Positions 9,963-20,799 are shown, counted from the first letter of the stretch. The stretch: DNA of 64,000 nt from Cyanobacteriota bacterium (GCA_046045965.1 JBJOKS010000010.1:1-64000); one strand, 5' to 3'. Program-made: numbers and translations. The notes: a model not told the origin generated them from the letters alone.

Positions 9963-12425
9963 CTATTCAACATGAGCAACAGTGACACCACTACCGCCAT
10001 CTGCTTGTTCTGCACTTTCATGGTGGCTGACTCTGGGGTGTTGTTGCAAGAAGGCGTGAACCCCTTGTTTTAATTTACCAGTACCGTGTCCGTGAATAAT
10101 CCACAATGGTCCAGCAGCTTCAGAAATGGCTTTGTCTAAGATATATTCGGCATCAGCTACCCGTTTTCCGCGCAAATCAACGGTATTTTTCGAGGTGCGA
10201 ATGGCTACCGTTGGTGTCGGTGGTGGGGTAACGGTTGGTGCTGGTTTGGGTTTAGTGATGGGTTCTGGTTTTTGTCCATCTAAAGATTCTACATCTGACA
10301 ACTGCACTGTCATTTTCATGATGCCAAAACGCACAGTTAACTCCCCATCTGCATTAGGGGCGGTTAATACTTCAGCGGTTTGCCCTATTTTGGGTATACG
10401 AATGCGATCGCCTACTTTGGGCATAAACCCTGGTTTGGGTTTGGGTGGTGGTGCTGGTTGATATTTCTCTGTAATTTCACTTAATGCCTTGGTTGCTTGC
10501 TGGGCATCTTGAGCGGTGGGTTTTCCTTGTTGTAAGCGCCGAATAACCTGGGCAATTTCTCCTTTAGCTTGGATAATTGCTTTCTGTACTGCGACTTCTT
10601 GAGAAGCACGCAAATCTTTTTCTCTTTCTTCCAACGCTGTGGCTTTTCGAGAAACTTCTTTGTATAATTTTTCCGCTTGCTTTAATAATTCTTGAGCTTC
10701 AGCGGCTTTGGTTTCCTGACTACGCCTTTGAGCTTCTAAACCTGCAATTACCTGGTTAACTTCGTCCGTGGCTTCTCCCACTTGGCTTTTAGCTGCTTCT
10801 ACCACTTCTGGTTTTAAGCCTAAGCGCAAAGCAATGGTTAAGGCGTTAGAACGTCCAGGAATACCCCACAATAACCGATAAGTTGGTGAAAGGGTAGCTT
10901 CGTTAAATTCTACTGAGGCGTTTTCAAAGCGAATATCATCGTATTTTAAAGCCTTCAATTCTCCAAAGTGGGTAGTAGCAATAGTTAACTGAGCATGATC
11001 AGCGAGATATTGCAAAAGAGCGATCGCTAATGCACTACCTTCCACCGGATCTGTACCTGCTCCTACCTCGTCCAATAATACTAAGCTTTGGGGTGATGGG
11101 GAGGTGGGGTGATGGGGAGGTGGGGTGATGGGGAGGTGAGGTGAAAGTTCTTCCCCTGTTCCCTGTTCCCTGTTCCCTGTTCCCTCAGTAATAGCATTTA
11201 AAATCCGACTAATGCGGCGAATATGCCCGGAAAAAGTAGATAAGCTTTGTTGTAAAGATTGTTCATCCCCAATATCGGCTAAAATCTGGTCAAACCAAGG
11301 CATTTCCACTGGTTCGCGGGCAGGAACAAATAAACCCACTTTAGCCATTAAAGCAGCTAACCCCAAGGTTTTCAAAGTTACAGTTTTTCCCCCAGTATTA
11401 GGACCAGTAATTGTCACTACTTTGATGTGGGGACTGATTAATAAATCAACGGGAATTACTGGATGTCCTTGTTCATGCTGTTGTTGCCAAACTAACAAAG
11501 GATGGCGTAATTGCCGCAGGGTAATTATTTCCTGTTCTTGACGATTTACGAACCTGGGAGGATTTGCACCTATCCAGAAACTATACCTAGCTTTGGCTGT
11601 GGCTAAGTCTAAGGTGGTGACAATGGCTAATAATTTTTCTAAATCAGGTTTAACAGCGCCAACTTGCTGTGTTAAATTGCGACGAATAACTTCTTCTTCG
11701 GCTTGTTCTCTTCTGATGGCTTGGCGCAGTTGGTTGCCCATCGGCACAATGCTATTAGGTTCGATATACAAAGTTGCGCCGCTGGTGGATGTGTCGTGAA
11801 CAATACCAGGAATTGCGTCTTTTTGCGGAGCTTTGACAGGGATAACATAGCGATCGCCCCTTTGGGTGATAATCTGCTCTTGTAATGCTCCTGATTTCAC
11901 CTGAATGATATTTTGCAGTTTACGTGTAATTTGACTGCGTAATTTTCGCAAATCTTCGCGAATTTCCCCTAATTTCTGACTAGCGCGGTCTGTAACTTGC
12001 GCTCTTTCATCAATACAACGGTGAATTTCTTGCTCTAATTCCGGGTAAGTCCGTAACTCAGCGACTAACTCAGTTAAAATCGGTACATCTTCCTGATTGT
12101 CAATCACCCGGCGTAAATTTCTCGCACCGGCGAGGGTGGTGGCTATTGCTAACAGTTCTTCCCCAGAGAGAATGCCTTGTAGTTCGGCTCGTTCTAGGGA
12201 GTCGCCAATATCTTGAATGCCTTCAAAGGATAACCCAGGCGTAAGCCGACTTTCCAGTTGATAGACTTCTTTGGTTTGCGCTAACAACTCTGTACTTTCC
12301 GCTTGAGTTGTCGGTATCGGCAAGGCACGGGCAACCATCGCCCCTAACTTAGTTGCCGCAAAGGTGGAAAGGTGCTGGCAAAGGCGATGCCATTCTAATA
12401 GTTCTAGGGTTTCAGACTGGATCAA
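9963..12425 (-). CDS. mutS2: Endonuclease MutS2
   Basis: GPNTGGKT Walker A, LLDEVGAGTDP, TTH, KOW region and C-terminal Smr domain (IHGHGTG). Confidence 0.97.
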   Translation of the reverse strand: MIQSETLELLEWHRLCQHLSTFAATKLGAMVARALPIPTTQAESTELLAQTKEVYQLESRLTPGLSFEGIQDIGDSLERAELQGILSGEELLAIATTLAGARNLRRVIDNQEDVPILTELVAELRTYPELEQEIHRCIDERAQVTDRASQKLGEIREDLRKLRSQITRKLQNIIQVKSGALQEQIITQRGDRYVIPVKAPQKDAIPGIVHDTSTSGATLYIEPNSIVPMGNQLRQAIRREQAEEEVIRRNLTQQVGAVKPDLEKLLAIVTTLDLATAKARYSFWIGANPPRFVNRQEQEIITLRQLRHPLLVWQQQHEQGHPVIPVDLLISPHIKVVTITGPNTGGKTVTLKTLGLAALMAKVGLFVPAREPVEMPWFDQILADIGDEQSLQQSLSTFSGHIRRISRILNAITEGTGNREQGTGEELSPHLPITPPPHHPTSPSPQSLVLLDEVGAGTDPVEGSALAIALLQYLADHAQLTIATTHFGELKALKYDDIRFENASVEFNEATLSPTYRLLWGIPGRSNALTIALRLGLKPEVVEAAKSQVGEATDEVNQVIAGLEAQRRSQETKAAEAQELLKQAEKLYKEVSRKATALEEREKDLRASQEVAVQKAIIQAKGEIAQVIRRLQQGKPTAQDAQQATKALSEITEKYQPAPPPKPKPGFMPKVGDRIRIPKIGQTAEVLTAPNADGELTVRFGIMKMTVQLSDVESLDGQKPEPITKPKPAPTVTPPPTPTVAIRTSKNTVDLRGKRVADAEYILDKAISEAAGPLWIIHGHGTGKLKQGVHAFLQQHPRVSHHESAEQADGGSGVTVAHVE

Positions 12426-12997
12426 GGCTTCAACATCTAATCTGAAACTATGGTAACAATTCTGGTTGCAAGAAAGTGAAGTTTTTGAGAATGAAATTTT
12501 TATGGTTCTTGGCCTCTTGTAGAGACGTTACATGAAATTTATTTACATTTTGATGTGCTTCTATTCTTTAATAAATTTCACTAATCCATGTTTGAATTGC
12601 ACTAAGTAAAGTAGTTTGATTTGGTGGAAAGCCTTACATTTTTTTAAATTGTTATGGTTGTGGCTATCATTCAAAATGTTAAGTAGGTCATTAACTGAAT
12701 AAGGATAGTCTGTAGAGACTTTAAATTTATTAGTTAAAGCATTGAATATATCTAAACCTTTAATCTTTGTTAAATCATAGGGAGGTGTAAATTTCTGTCA
12801 CCCTAGTTATCAAGATGTTCAAACTTAAACTATCTAATTTTGTTAATATTCTTAATTCTCATAAACTTAAGTTGTTAATAAAGTTAATTAATCCTGAAAA
12901 ATCAAAAAAATAATATTGACATCTCTCTAGAGAAGAGAATAAAATGTATTCAAACAAGAATATAAAAATACCTGCTCAATATCTTGCAGGAGAAAAT

Positions 12998-13654
12998 ATG
13001 CTGTTTAGTCCAGCTAACTTACCTTATTGGATTTTCCTAATCACGGGAATACTGCTTTTTTTGTTCATGATTTTTATAGGAGGGGGAGAAGCAGAATTAG
13101 ATGCTGATGCAGATTTAGATGTGGAAACTGACAGCGAAGTGAGCTTTGGAAACTTTCTCGGATGGGCAGGAATTGGTAAAGCTCCATTGTTGTTATTGTT
13201 GGCAACAGATTTAAGTCTGTGGGGTGTCATTGGCTGGATGTTAAATGTTTGGTTTGGTGGCATTGCTCAAAATCAAACATTTTCTTTAATTGCAATTTTT
13301 ATCTTGTTTATTTCCCTAATTATCAGTTTATTCATGGGTAGATTGATAGCTGAACCAATTGGTAAAATGTTTGCTGAATTTAGTGAAGATGCAAGTAGTG
13401 AACGTTTAGTAGGTTGCATTGGTAATGTTATTTCTGTTTATATTCCTGCGGAAAATTTAGGCAAAATTGGTCAGGTCGATATTTTCGATCCAAAAGGTAA
13501 TTTTTTGACTATTAATGCTGTTATTCCAGATTGGGCAACTATCGCACCACAACGGGGAGAAAAAGTGATAGTAATTGAACTTAAACAGCAAATTTATCTA
13601 GTAATTGCTAAAGACAGCGTAGATGAGGAACATTGGTTAAATAACTCGAATTAA
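12998..13654 (+). CDS. YqiJ/NfeD-like membrane OB-fold protein (flotillin partner)
   Basis: N.PYWI, acidic D-repeat, G.GKAP, C-terminal OB-fold; RBS CAGGAG before the ATG at 12998. Confidence 0.8.
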   Translation: MLFSPANLPYWIFLITGILLFLFMIFIGGGEAELDADADLDVETDSEVSFGNFLGWAGIGKAPLLLLLATDLSLWGVIGWMLNVWFGGIAQNQTFSLIAIFILFISLIISLFMGRLIAEPIGKMFAEFSEDASSERLVGCIGNVISVYIPAENLGKIGQVDIFDPKGNFLTINAVIPDWATIAPQRGEKVIVIELKQQIYLVIAKDSVDEEHWLNNSN

Positions 13655-13684
13655 AACAATCTAATTTAGATTAAGGAAAAGAAA

Positions 13685-15595
13685 ATGCTTTTTTGGTTAA
13701 CATTTATCCAGGCTCTACCAACTGTTAATGTACCGGAAATATCATCATTTAAGGTACAATCAAAGCAGGAATATACAACATCAATTACTCCCACATTTCC
13801 GCTTTCAACACAGCCGACTTTAGCCCAAATTAGTGGAGGAGTAGTATTTCCTGGGATTGTTGTTACTTTAGTTTTACTGCTGCTATTAAGCTTGTTTGCT
13901 TATACCAGAGTTTATGTTGTCACACCCAACAACGAAGCTTTTGTGAGAACGGGGGGATTATTTACTAAAAAGAAAGCAGTAATTCTTTATGGTGGTTGCA
14001 TTGTTTTACCAGGATTTCATCAATTAACAAGAGTACCTTTGCGGGAAATTTCTATTGATGTAGAACGGACTGGAAAACTTGCAGTGAGAACAAAAGATTA
14101 CCTCAGAGCAGATATTAGAGTCACGTTTTATGTATGTATTAATGCTTCCGAAGATGATGTTTTGACAGCAGCAGCAAGACTATCTCAAAATGGTACTAAA
14201 ATTAATCCTGAAGACATCAAAAATGCTTTAGAAAAAAGAGCAGATGACGCAATTAGAGCAGCAGCTAAAACCAAGGATTTAGCAGAAATTGATTCTGATA
14301 AATTGGGGTTTGCTCAGGAAGTTTTAAACTTGGTGGGGACAGATTTGAAGAAAGTGGGATTAACACTAAATAACATTGCCATTTCGGAAATATTAGAAAG
14401 TGTTACCTATGATCCTGATAATTTCTTTGATGCTCAAGGTGTGCGGTTGCGAACGGAAATTATTCAACGTTCAGTGCAACAAAAACGGGAAGTTGAGTTA
14501 TCAGCACAGGTGACAATTGAGCAAAAAGAATTGGATGCTCAAAAAAGATCATTGCAAATTGCCCAAGAACAAGAAAGTGCTAAACTAGCTCAAAAATTGC
14601 AAGTGGAAGCATTGAAAGCACAGCGAGAAAGGGAAATTCAAGAAGCAAAAGATAGAGAAGCTGCAATGGTACAACGTACCAAAATTTTGCAGGAAAAATC
14701 AGTTGAAGAGGAAGAAATTCGCAGAAAGTTATCCCTTCAACAAAGTCAAATTGAAGCTGATATTGCTTTAGAAGAACGGAATAAACAATTAAAAGTAGCC
14801 CAAGCTTTGCAAAAGCAAGAAGCAGAATTAGCAGAAATTGTTCGCCAACAAAGTGTAGAATCTGGTAAACTAAAAGCACAGGTACAAATAGCTGAATCTG
14901 AAAGAGTAGCAAGGTTAGCTCAAGAAGATGTGGCCATAGCAATTGCTAACAAAAAACGTGAAAGTTTTGTTGCTCAAGCAGAACAAGCTAAAGCGGAAGA
15001 GTCTGTAAAAACAGCCGGTGAAGTTGAAAAAGCTGAACGTACCAAACGCTTATCTATTATAGCCGCAGAAAGGGAAGCACAAGAACGGAGTATCAGCGAT
15101 CGCAACGTTGTCGAAATTGAAGCTTTCCGTCGTCGTCGTCAAGCAGAAATTGCCCAAGAAGCAGCAGAATTAGAAGCAGAAGCAATTCGTACTCTTGCAG
15201 ATGCTAACCGTGATAAAGCTTTAGCTGAAGCAGAAGGTATTCAAGCCAAAATTGCGGCGGAAAATACAATTAGTAACGCTAATTTGAGTGCGAAAATTCT
15301 CACAACTATCTGGCCAGAATTAGCAGATAAACTACCAGAAATTGTCACTGCTTTAGCACCACAACCAGGCGTTTTAGGAGATACTCGCATTTATTCTTTC
15401 CCTGGTGCAAATGGTAGTAGTGGGAGTCAAGATATTAACAAGTTGCTATTATCTACTAGCGGACTTTCCTTAATTAATACCTTGTTAGATGAAGGTAAAT
15501 TAGGAGACTTAATTGGACAAGTTGGTCAAATGGTGCGTAGTAATAACTCAGTTAGTCCACCAAGCTTAAATCACCAAGACAAAGAAAGTAATTAA
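13685..15595 (+). CDS. Flotillin/SPFH domain protein (YqiK-like)
   Basis: TM, SPFH domain, NFFDAQG motif, long E/A/Q coiled coil. Confidence 0.92.
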   Translation: MLFWLTFIQALPTVNVPEISSFKVQSKQEYTTSITPTFPLSTQPTLAQISGGVVFPGIVVTLVLLLLLSLFAYTRVYVVTPNNEAFVRTGGLFTKKKAVILYGGCIVLPGFHQLTRVPLREISIDVERTGKLAVRTKDYLRADIRVTFYVCINASEDDVLTAAARLSQNGTKINPEDIKNALEKRADDAIRAAAKTKDLAEIDSDKLGFAQEVLNLVGTDLKKVGLTLNNIAISEILESVTYDPDNFFDAQGVRLRTEIIQRSVQQKREVELSAQVTIEQKELDAQKRSLQIAQEQESAKLAQKLQVEALKAQREREIQEAKDREAAMVQRTKILQEKSVEEEEIRRKLSLQQSQIEADIALEERNKQLKVAQALQKQEAELAEIVRQQSVESGKLKAQVQIAESERVARLAQEDVAIAIANKKRESFVAQAEQAKAEESVKTAGEVEKAERTKRLSIIAAEREAQERSISDRNVVEIEAFRRRRQAEIAQEAAELEAEAIRTLADANRDKALAEAEGIQAKIAAENTISNANLSAKILTTIWPELADKLPEIVTALAPQPGVLGDTRIYSFPGANGSSGSQDINKLLLSTSGLSLINTLLDEGKLGDLIGQVGQMVRSNNSVSPPSLNHQDKESN

Positions 15596-15724
15596 TAATT
15601 ACTAATTCATAATTCGTAAGTGAAATAAATTATGAATTATTAAGCAGATGCTTGTTGTTGAACTTTCAATATTAGTTTAAAGAGACGTTTCATACAACGT
15701 CTCTATATTGTTTTTTCAGCACAT

Positions 15725-16654
15725 CTAATCAACTTTAAACCTAGCTAATAATTCCTCACGGGAAAGATTAGATAAATTCAGCAATAACTGAGTTCTTTCT
15801 GTCAAAGAAAGTTCCATCATCCGAGTTACAATCACAGATAATTCCTGATCTAAATTACCAAAACGGACTGCTAACAAACTCTCTATCATCAAACGCTGTC
15901 CGTCTTTTTGTCCTTCCTGTCTTCCTTCCTGTCTTCCTTCCTCTATTCCCTCTTGTTTCCATTCTTCCCGTTGTTTAAGATACGCAGGTGATAAACTCAT
16001 AATTAACTCCTTTACCTCTTCATCATTGACATCACTATTCAATTCTAAATTTTTCCGCCAAGATGCGAAAATTTCCACCAGTCTGTTCCATTTATCATTC
16101 TCTTTTGAGAGTTGAACTACTTCGGTAATAGCTTCCGTTTGGATTTTACCTTTTCCTAGTACCCTTAACCATAGTGTATCCTCTGTCATGGGTAATTGGT
16201 TAATGGCAACAATGGCAGTTTTATAAGCTTTTGGGAGAAAATATACTCCTTTTTCCCAGTTATCTTTTGCTTTTCCTCCAAAACTGTTGAGGATTTTTTC
16301 AGAACAGGTTGGTGTTAAAATCCATAAACAAGGTAATTCTTCTTCAGATAGAGAACGTTTTTCTCTTTTCGCTTGTCTTAACAATTCACCTTGAACGCTA
16401 TACAATTTTAACAAACAACTCCTAATTTCTATTTCATTAGGTGCATTACGGTAAGGTTCAAAAAGGCAGCTTGTAACCGCCATTTTTCCTAAAATTCCTA
16501 ATTCTGAATTTTCTGATTTTGTTGTAGGAACAAACCAAACATCAATTTCTTGAACTTCGCTTTTTACATCTTTGCTAATTGTGACATTACCTAGAGGTGT
16601 TAATAATTCCTCTAGATATTCTTTTGCTAGTTGATCATGGGGTTGTCGAGTCAT
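15725..16654 (-). CDS. Rpn/DUF4351-like (PD-(D/E)xK-related) cyanobacterial protein
   Basis: HDQLAKEYL, EIDVWF, FEPYRN, LWLRVLG, QEG repeats, RFG C-terminal domain. Confidence 0.75.
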   Translation of the reverse strand: MTRQPHDQLAKEYLEELLTPLGNVTISKDVKSEVQEIDVWFVPTTKSENSELGILGKMAVTSCLFEPYRNAPNEIEIRSCLLKLYSVQGELLRQAKREKRSLSEEELPCLWILTPTCSEKILNSFGGKAKDNWEKGVYFLPKAYKTAIVAINQLPMTEDTLWLRVLGKGKIQTEAITEVVQLSKENDKWNRLVEIFASWRKNLELNSDVNDEEVKELIMSLSPAYLKQREEWKQEGIEEGRQEGRQEGQKDGQRLMIESLLAVRFGNLDQELSVIVTRMMELSLTERTQLLLNLSNLSREELLARFKVD

Positions 16655-16947
16655 AAAACGGCTTTTTCTTGCACCAAAACATAAGGTTCAACAATCAAAG
16701 CATTAAACCGTTTGGTGCGATCGCTATTCCAATTTCCCAACTGTTCCGGTGAAGGTTTAGCTAATAATTGTTCATCAATCCAATTCTGCACTGTGGGAAT
16801 ATTATCACTAGCGATCGCTTCTCCCACATCTAGCAAATCTAAACCAACTGCTACTACAATTATCGCATCTCTTTGTGCATGGGGAATTAGCCAATCCCAT
16901 TCTGCTTCATCCAAGTTTTCTTTTAAAGCATCTTTTAATTCTGACAT
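16651..16947 (-). CDS. DUF2288 family protein
   Basis: W..L.PH..R, LDL..VG.AIA.D, F.A.IV.P.VLVQE. Confidence 0.88.
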   Translation of the reverse strand: MSELKDALKENLDEAEWDWLIPHAQRDAIIVVAVGLDLLDVGEAIASDNIPTVQNWIDEQLLAKPSPEQLGNWNSDRTKRFNALIVEPYVLVQEKAVL

Positions 16948-17075
16948 AATTCATCGATGATATTCCTATAATTTTCATTTTACATGATTTCTTAATTTGA
17001 GTAAACTAATTCGTAATTATTTTGAGCGCAGATACACAGATGCTTGATTTCTTATCTCCCATCAATGACTAATAA

Positions 17076-18113
17076 CTAAATTTCTGATTTCATTTCTTCA
17101 ATTTCTAACAAAGAAACAATAATACCTGTGATGGGAATAGATATAAAAATACCCAATAACCCAGCAATTCTCGCACCCAAAAGTACAGCAAAAAAAACTA
17201 CAACAGGATTAAGATTTAATGTACCTTGCATCACTCGTGGAGCAATCAAATTATCTTGAATTTGTTGAAGAATAATACACACTCCCAATACCCTCAGAGC
17301 TAACCAAACATCTTGCGACAAAATAATTAAACTGACTATACTAATTCCTAAAGTTGCTCCAATACCGGGAATAATATCAATTATGCCTACTATGGTTGAA
17401 AGTAACAAAGCAAAAGGCACTTTTAATAATACAAAAACTATAAATGTGGAAGTTGTGAGAAACAAAGTTAATAATAATTGACCTCTAAAAAAGCCTAAAA
17501 AACTACGTTTAATAACTTTAGTCACTCTACCCCGGTTTTCTTGGGGGATGATCTTTAGCATCAAATTCCAGAGTTTTTCGCCATCAAGTAACATGAAAAA
17601 AGCCACAACTGCAATTAAGATAAAAGTAATAAAATTTGTTAGTAATCCTTGCAAAATAGCTAAACTTGTGACTAAAGTGGATACTGCTTGCTCACGGATT
17701 TGGGTTTCAATCGCACTTAAATCTATCTGAAGATTTCGACTTTGCAAAAATTTTTCTATTTGCTCTATTAAAGGTACTAAAGAATTTAAAAATACAGTAA
17801 TACTATCTACTAATTGTTGTCCTTGAGATAAAACTGCTAAACCTACAGTGATAGCTATACCCCCAAGAATAACTATGCTCACCAAAAAAACAACAATAAC
17901 TGCAAACCCGTGCGGTAAAAACCTTTCTAACCATTTGACAGGATAGCTAAGTAAAAAAGCTAAAATAGCAGCAAATGTGAAAATCACAATTACCACTTGA
18001 AAATAATCTAGTAGTTGTATAATTACCCAACCACAAGCAATTAAAAGCAAAAATCGGACTAATGCTAAACTATTGAGACGTTGTAATAAATTTTTGGCTT
18101 CAAAGCCACTCAT
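17076..18113 (-). CDS. AI-2E family transporter (PerM-like)
   Basis: Multi-TM protein, FFMLLDG, QQIQDN.IAP. Confidence 0.9.
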   Translation of the reverse strand: MSGFEAKNLLQRLNSLALVRFLLLIACGWVIIQLLDYFQVVIVIFTFAAILAFLLSYPVKWLERFLPHGFAVIVVFLVSIVILGGIAITVGLAVLSQGQQLVDSITVFLNSLVPLIEQIEKFLQSRNLQIDLSAIETQIREQAVSTLVTSLAILQGLLTNFITFILIAVVAFFMLLDGEKLWNLMLKIIPQENRGRVTKVIKRSFLGFFRGQLLLTLFLTTSTFIVFVLLKVPFALLLSTIVGIIDIIPGIGATLGISIVSLIILSQDVWLALRVLGVCIILQQIQDNLIAPRVMQGTLNLNPVVVFFAVLLGARIAGLLGIFISIPITGIIVSLLEIEEMKSEI

Positions 18114-18269
18114 ATCAATTTTAGATTTTGGATGTTAGATTTCCGATAATCAAACTTTTGACAACTTCAAATTTACATCATCCTACAGACTATTACCACA
18201 TCCTTAAAGCATATTTCTTAAAACTGAATATCCCCAACTTATCAAAACAGTCAGGGATCTATTTAATGA

Positions 18270-18908
18270 TTATCGTCCTAAATCGTGCATTTCATTAATA
18301 ACATCTGCACATTTACGAGTTATAGCTTCTAAATGTTCCTTATTTGTAGAAGTAGGAGCATCAATCAATTTACCAATTCTAATAGTAATGGGAACTTTAC
18401 GAGGAATAGGTGTACCTTTTTGGACAACGTTTTCACTTCCCCATACACTGACTGGTAACAAAGGTGCTTTAGCCTTAGCAGCTAAAAGTGCAGCACCTCT
18501 TTTGGGGTCATGAATACGACCATCTAGGGTGCGAGTTCCTTCTAAAAAAACACCCACAGCCCAACCATTTTCTAAATATTCTAACGCTGCACGAATGGCT
18601 GCACGGTCAGCAGTACCGCGACTAACGGGATAAGCACCGTATAATTTAATAGCTTGGGCTAAAACAGGCACATTAAATAATTCTTCTTTAGCCATGTATG
18701 CAACTGGCCGAGATACACAATTAGAAACTATAGGTGGGTCAAAGTAACTTGCATGGTTGCTAACTACCACCACTCGACCAGTTTGGGGGACATTCTCCAC
18801 CCCATAAATTTTTCCCCCAAAGTAAGCGTGTAGCATGGGGCTAACCACTGACCACTTGAAAGCGTGGTAAAGTGCCAAACTAATAAAAGGTTCGCGTTCT
18901 CTGGTCAC
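18270..18908 (-). CDS. plsC: 1-acyl-sn-glycerol-3-phosphate acyltransferase
   Basis: NHASYFD, FLEGTR motifs; GTG start inferred. Confidence 0.92.
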   Translation of the reverse strand: MTREREPFISLALYHAFKWSVVSPMLHAYFGGKIYGVENVPQTGRVVVVSNHASYFDPPIVSNCVSRPVAYMAKEELFNVPVLAQAIKLYGAYPVSRGTADRAAIRAALEYLENGWAVGVFLEGTRTLDGRIHDPKRGAALLAAKAKAPLLPVSVWGSENVVQKGTPIPRKVPITIRIGKLIDAPTSTNKEHLEAITRKCADVINEMHDLGR

Positions 18909-18985
18909 GGAAGATATTTTAAATAAGACTAAAATTAAGCATACAGCAGAAGTGGAGTGAATCACTTTCTCAGCCCTAACTTTTT

Positions 18986-19017
18986 TCCTATTCCCTATTC
19001 CCTATTCCCTATTCCCT
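18986..19017. repeat. Heptamer repeat CCCTATT
   Basis: About 4 copies. Confidence 0.85.
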
Positions 19018-19142
19018 AACCTCATAGAGATACTAACTATTTAACACAAACATAATATTAAGATGCAACCGCAGGTAGAGAATATAAAGAGCGAACACCA
19101 ATAGCCTAGATATTAAACAACCAATTATATCGAGGTTAGGTT

Positions 19143-19334
19143 ATGGCAGTATCAGCAATTGATATTTCCAGAAGTCTCAGCGGCATAGATTTTCCGGCAA
19201 ATAAACAGGATCTGGTTGACCATGCCAGAGAGAAAAATGCCAACCAGGAAATTATTGACGTTCTCCAACAAATGCCAGAACGTGAATATGAAAACATGGC
19301 AGATGTAGAACATGAGTTTGGTCAAGTTAGATAA
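19143..19334 (+). CDS. DUF2795 family small protein
   Basis: L.GIDFPA.K.DL...A...A...L..MP.REY...DV. Confidence 0.88.
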   Translation: MAVSAIDISRSLSGIDFPANKQDLVDHAREKNANQEIIDVLQQMPEREYENMADVEHEFGQVR

Positions 19335-19643
19335 TTTTTGAATGGGTTTGTGTTTTTGTCTGTCTAGTTAATTAAATACTTTTTGGCATTTTAAATATAG
19401 TGGGACTTAGACAAAAAATACCGATAAAAATGTTTAAGACCCACTATTCATTGCTCTTTATATTTGAGAAGTTAGAAATTGTTTCAAATTTTTTCTCAAA
19501 TTCTCACTAATATCAAGGGCGATATCTTTTCATTAGTTAATTGCTGTAGACTTGGACTACTTATAAATTTCTTGCATTTCATTTATTGAATACAGAAACT
19601 AATTTTTATCTACTGCGTTCACCTCCACTGAATATCTATGAAA

Positions 19644-19760
19644 TTACAGATAGCCAATAGCACGACCGTAGTTATAAAGTTTTCTTAGTACATAATTTGC
19701 TATCATTAGTCCCCGTTCTGTAAGAATGATACCTGATTGTCCATGATATACAGTTGTCAT
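19644..19760 (-). pseudogene. Truncated DUF433-like antitoxin fragment
   Basis: AGGAG RBS then MTTVYHGQSGIILTERGLMIA, resembling the II.TERGL.I.G start of cyanobacterial DUF433 proteins; similarity lost afterwards. Confidence 0.45.
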
Positions 19761-19820
19761 ATCCATCAACTCCTAAAGGTTGTATCTGCTCAACCTAATT
19801 TAATTGTGAATCAATTTCCC

Positions 19821-20699
19821 CTAACTTGGCAACTCTCCAGTATTCCGAATATTTTTCAACTCTATGCCGTTAACTGTACGCTTAATTAACCCAGTTAAAA
19901 CGTTACCAGGTCCAATTTCTATTACCTTTTCAATCCCAAATTCTGGTAATTGCAAAGCAATTTCTCGCCAACGCACTGAACCAGTCATTTGTTGAGTTAA
20001 ACGCTGTTTTAAAATGTCTGCATCAACTTCAGGAACTGGATCAACATTAGAAGATACAGGAACTTTTGCTGTTTGAAAAACTATGCTATCTAATATTTCT
20101 TGAAATTCCTGTGATGCTGCTTGCATTAAATGTGAATGAAATGCACCAGAAACTTTTAAAGGTAATGCCCGTTTTGCTTTCACTTGAGACATTACAGTTT
20201 GTACAGCTTCCGGTGTCCCAGAAATAACGACCTGTGCAGGACTATTATCATTTGCTAACACGACATCAGCCGTTTCAGAAATCACTTTTTCTAATTGTTC
20301 CCGATCAAAATTGAGTAACGCTGCCATCATTCCCCCAGCAGCATTATCCATAATTTCCGCTCGGCGTTTGACTAAGTGTAAACCAGTAGACCAGTCAAAA
20401 ACCCCAGCAACATAAAGAGCTATATATTCTCCTAAACTGTGACCGGCGACTAAATTTGGTTCTTGTCCTTTTTCCCGCAATAAGTCAGAGAGAATACTTT
20501 CTATTACATATAAACAAGGCTGTGTATAGAGTGTGCGTGATAGTCTTGCTTCGTCTGCACAAATTTCGCTCACAGACCAGCCCAAAATTGCCTCAGCTTG
20601 GTCGAATTTTGCTTTAGCAAATTCTATATTTAGTAGATCCATTCCCATGTTTAAGACTTGCGAACCTTGTCCGGGAAACACCCATGCAGTTTTTGTCAT
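19821..20699 (-). CDS. fabD: Malonyl-CoA:ACP transacylase
   Basis: FPGQGSQ, GHSLGE, SGAFHS. Confidence 0.98.
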   Translation of the reverse strand: MTKTAWVFPGQGSQVLNMGMDLLNIEFAKAKFDQAEAILGWSVSEICADEARLSRTLYTQPCLYVIESILSDLLREKGQEPNLVAGHSLGEYIALYVAGVFDWSTGLHLVKRRAEIMDNAAGGMMAALLNFDREQLEKVISETADVVLANDNSPAQVVISGTPEAVQTVMSQVKAKRALPLKVSGAFHSHLMQAASQEFQEILDSIVFQTAKVPVSSNVDPVPEVDADILKQRLTQQMTGSVRWREIALQLPEFGIEKVIEIGPGNVLTGLIKRTVNGIELKNIRNTGELPS

Positions 20700-20762
20700 T
20701 TGTCCTTAGTAATTAGTCCTTAGTAATTAGTCATTGGTAATAGGGAAAAATAAAATTTATTA

Positions 20763-20796
20763 CCCAGTCCCCAGTCCCCAGTCCCCAGTCCCCAGT
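20763..20796. repeat. STRR1-type repeat CCCCAGT
   Basis: About 5 copies. Confidence 0.9.
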
Positions 20797-20799
20797 AAC

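Noticed and set aside
15669..15710. Palindrome AGAGACGTT...AACGTCTCT
   Set aside because: Common Nostocales intergenic palindrome or terminator, with degenerate copies near 12520 and 47545; not distinctive.
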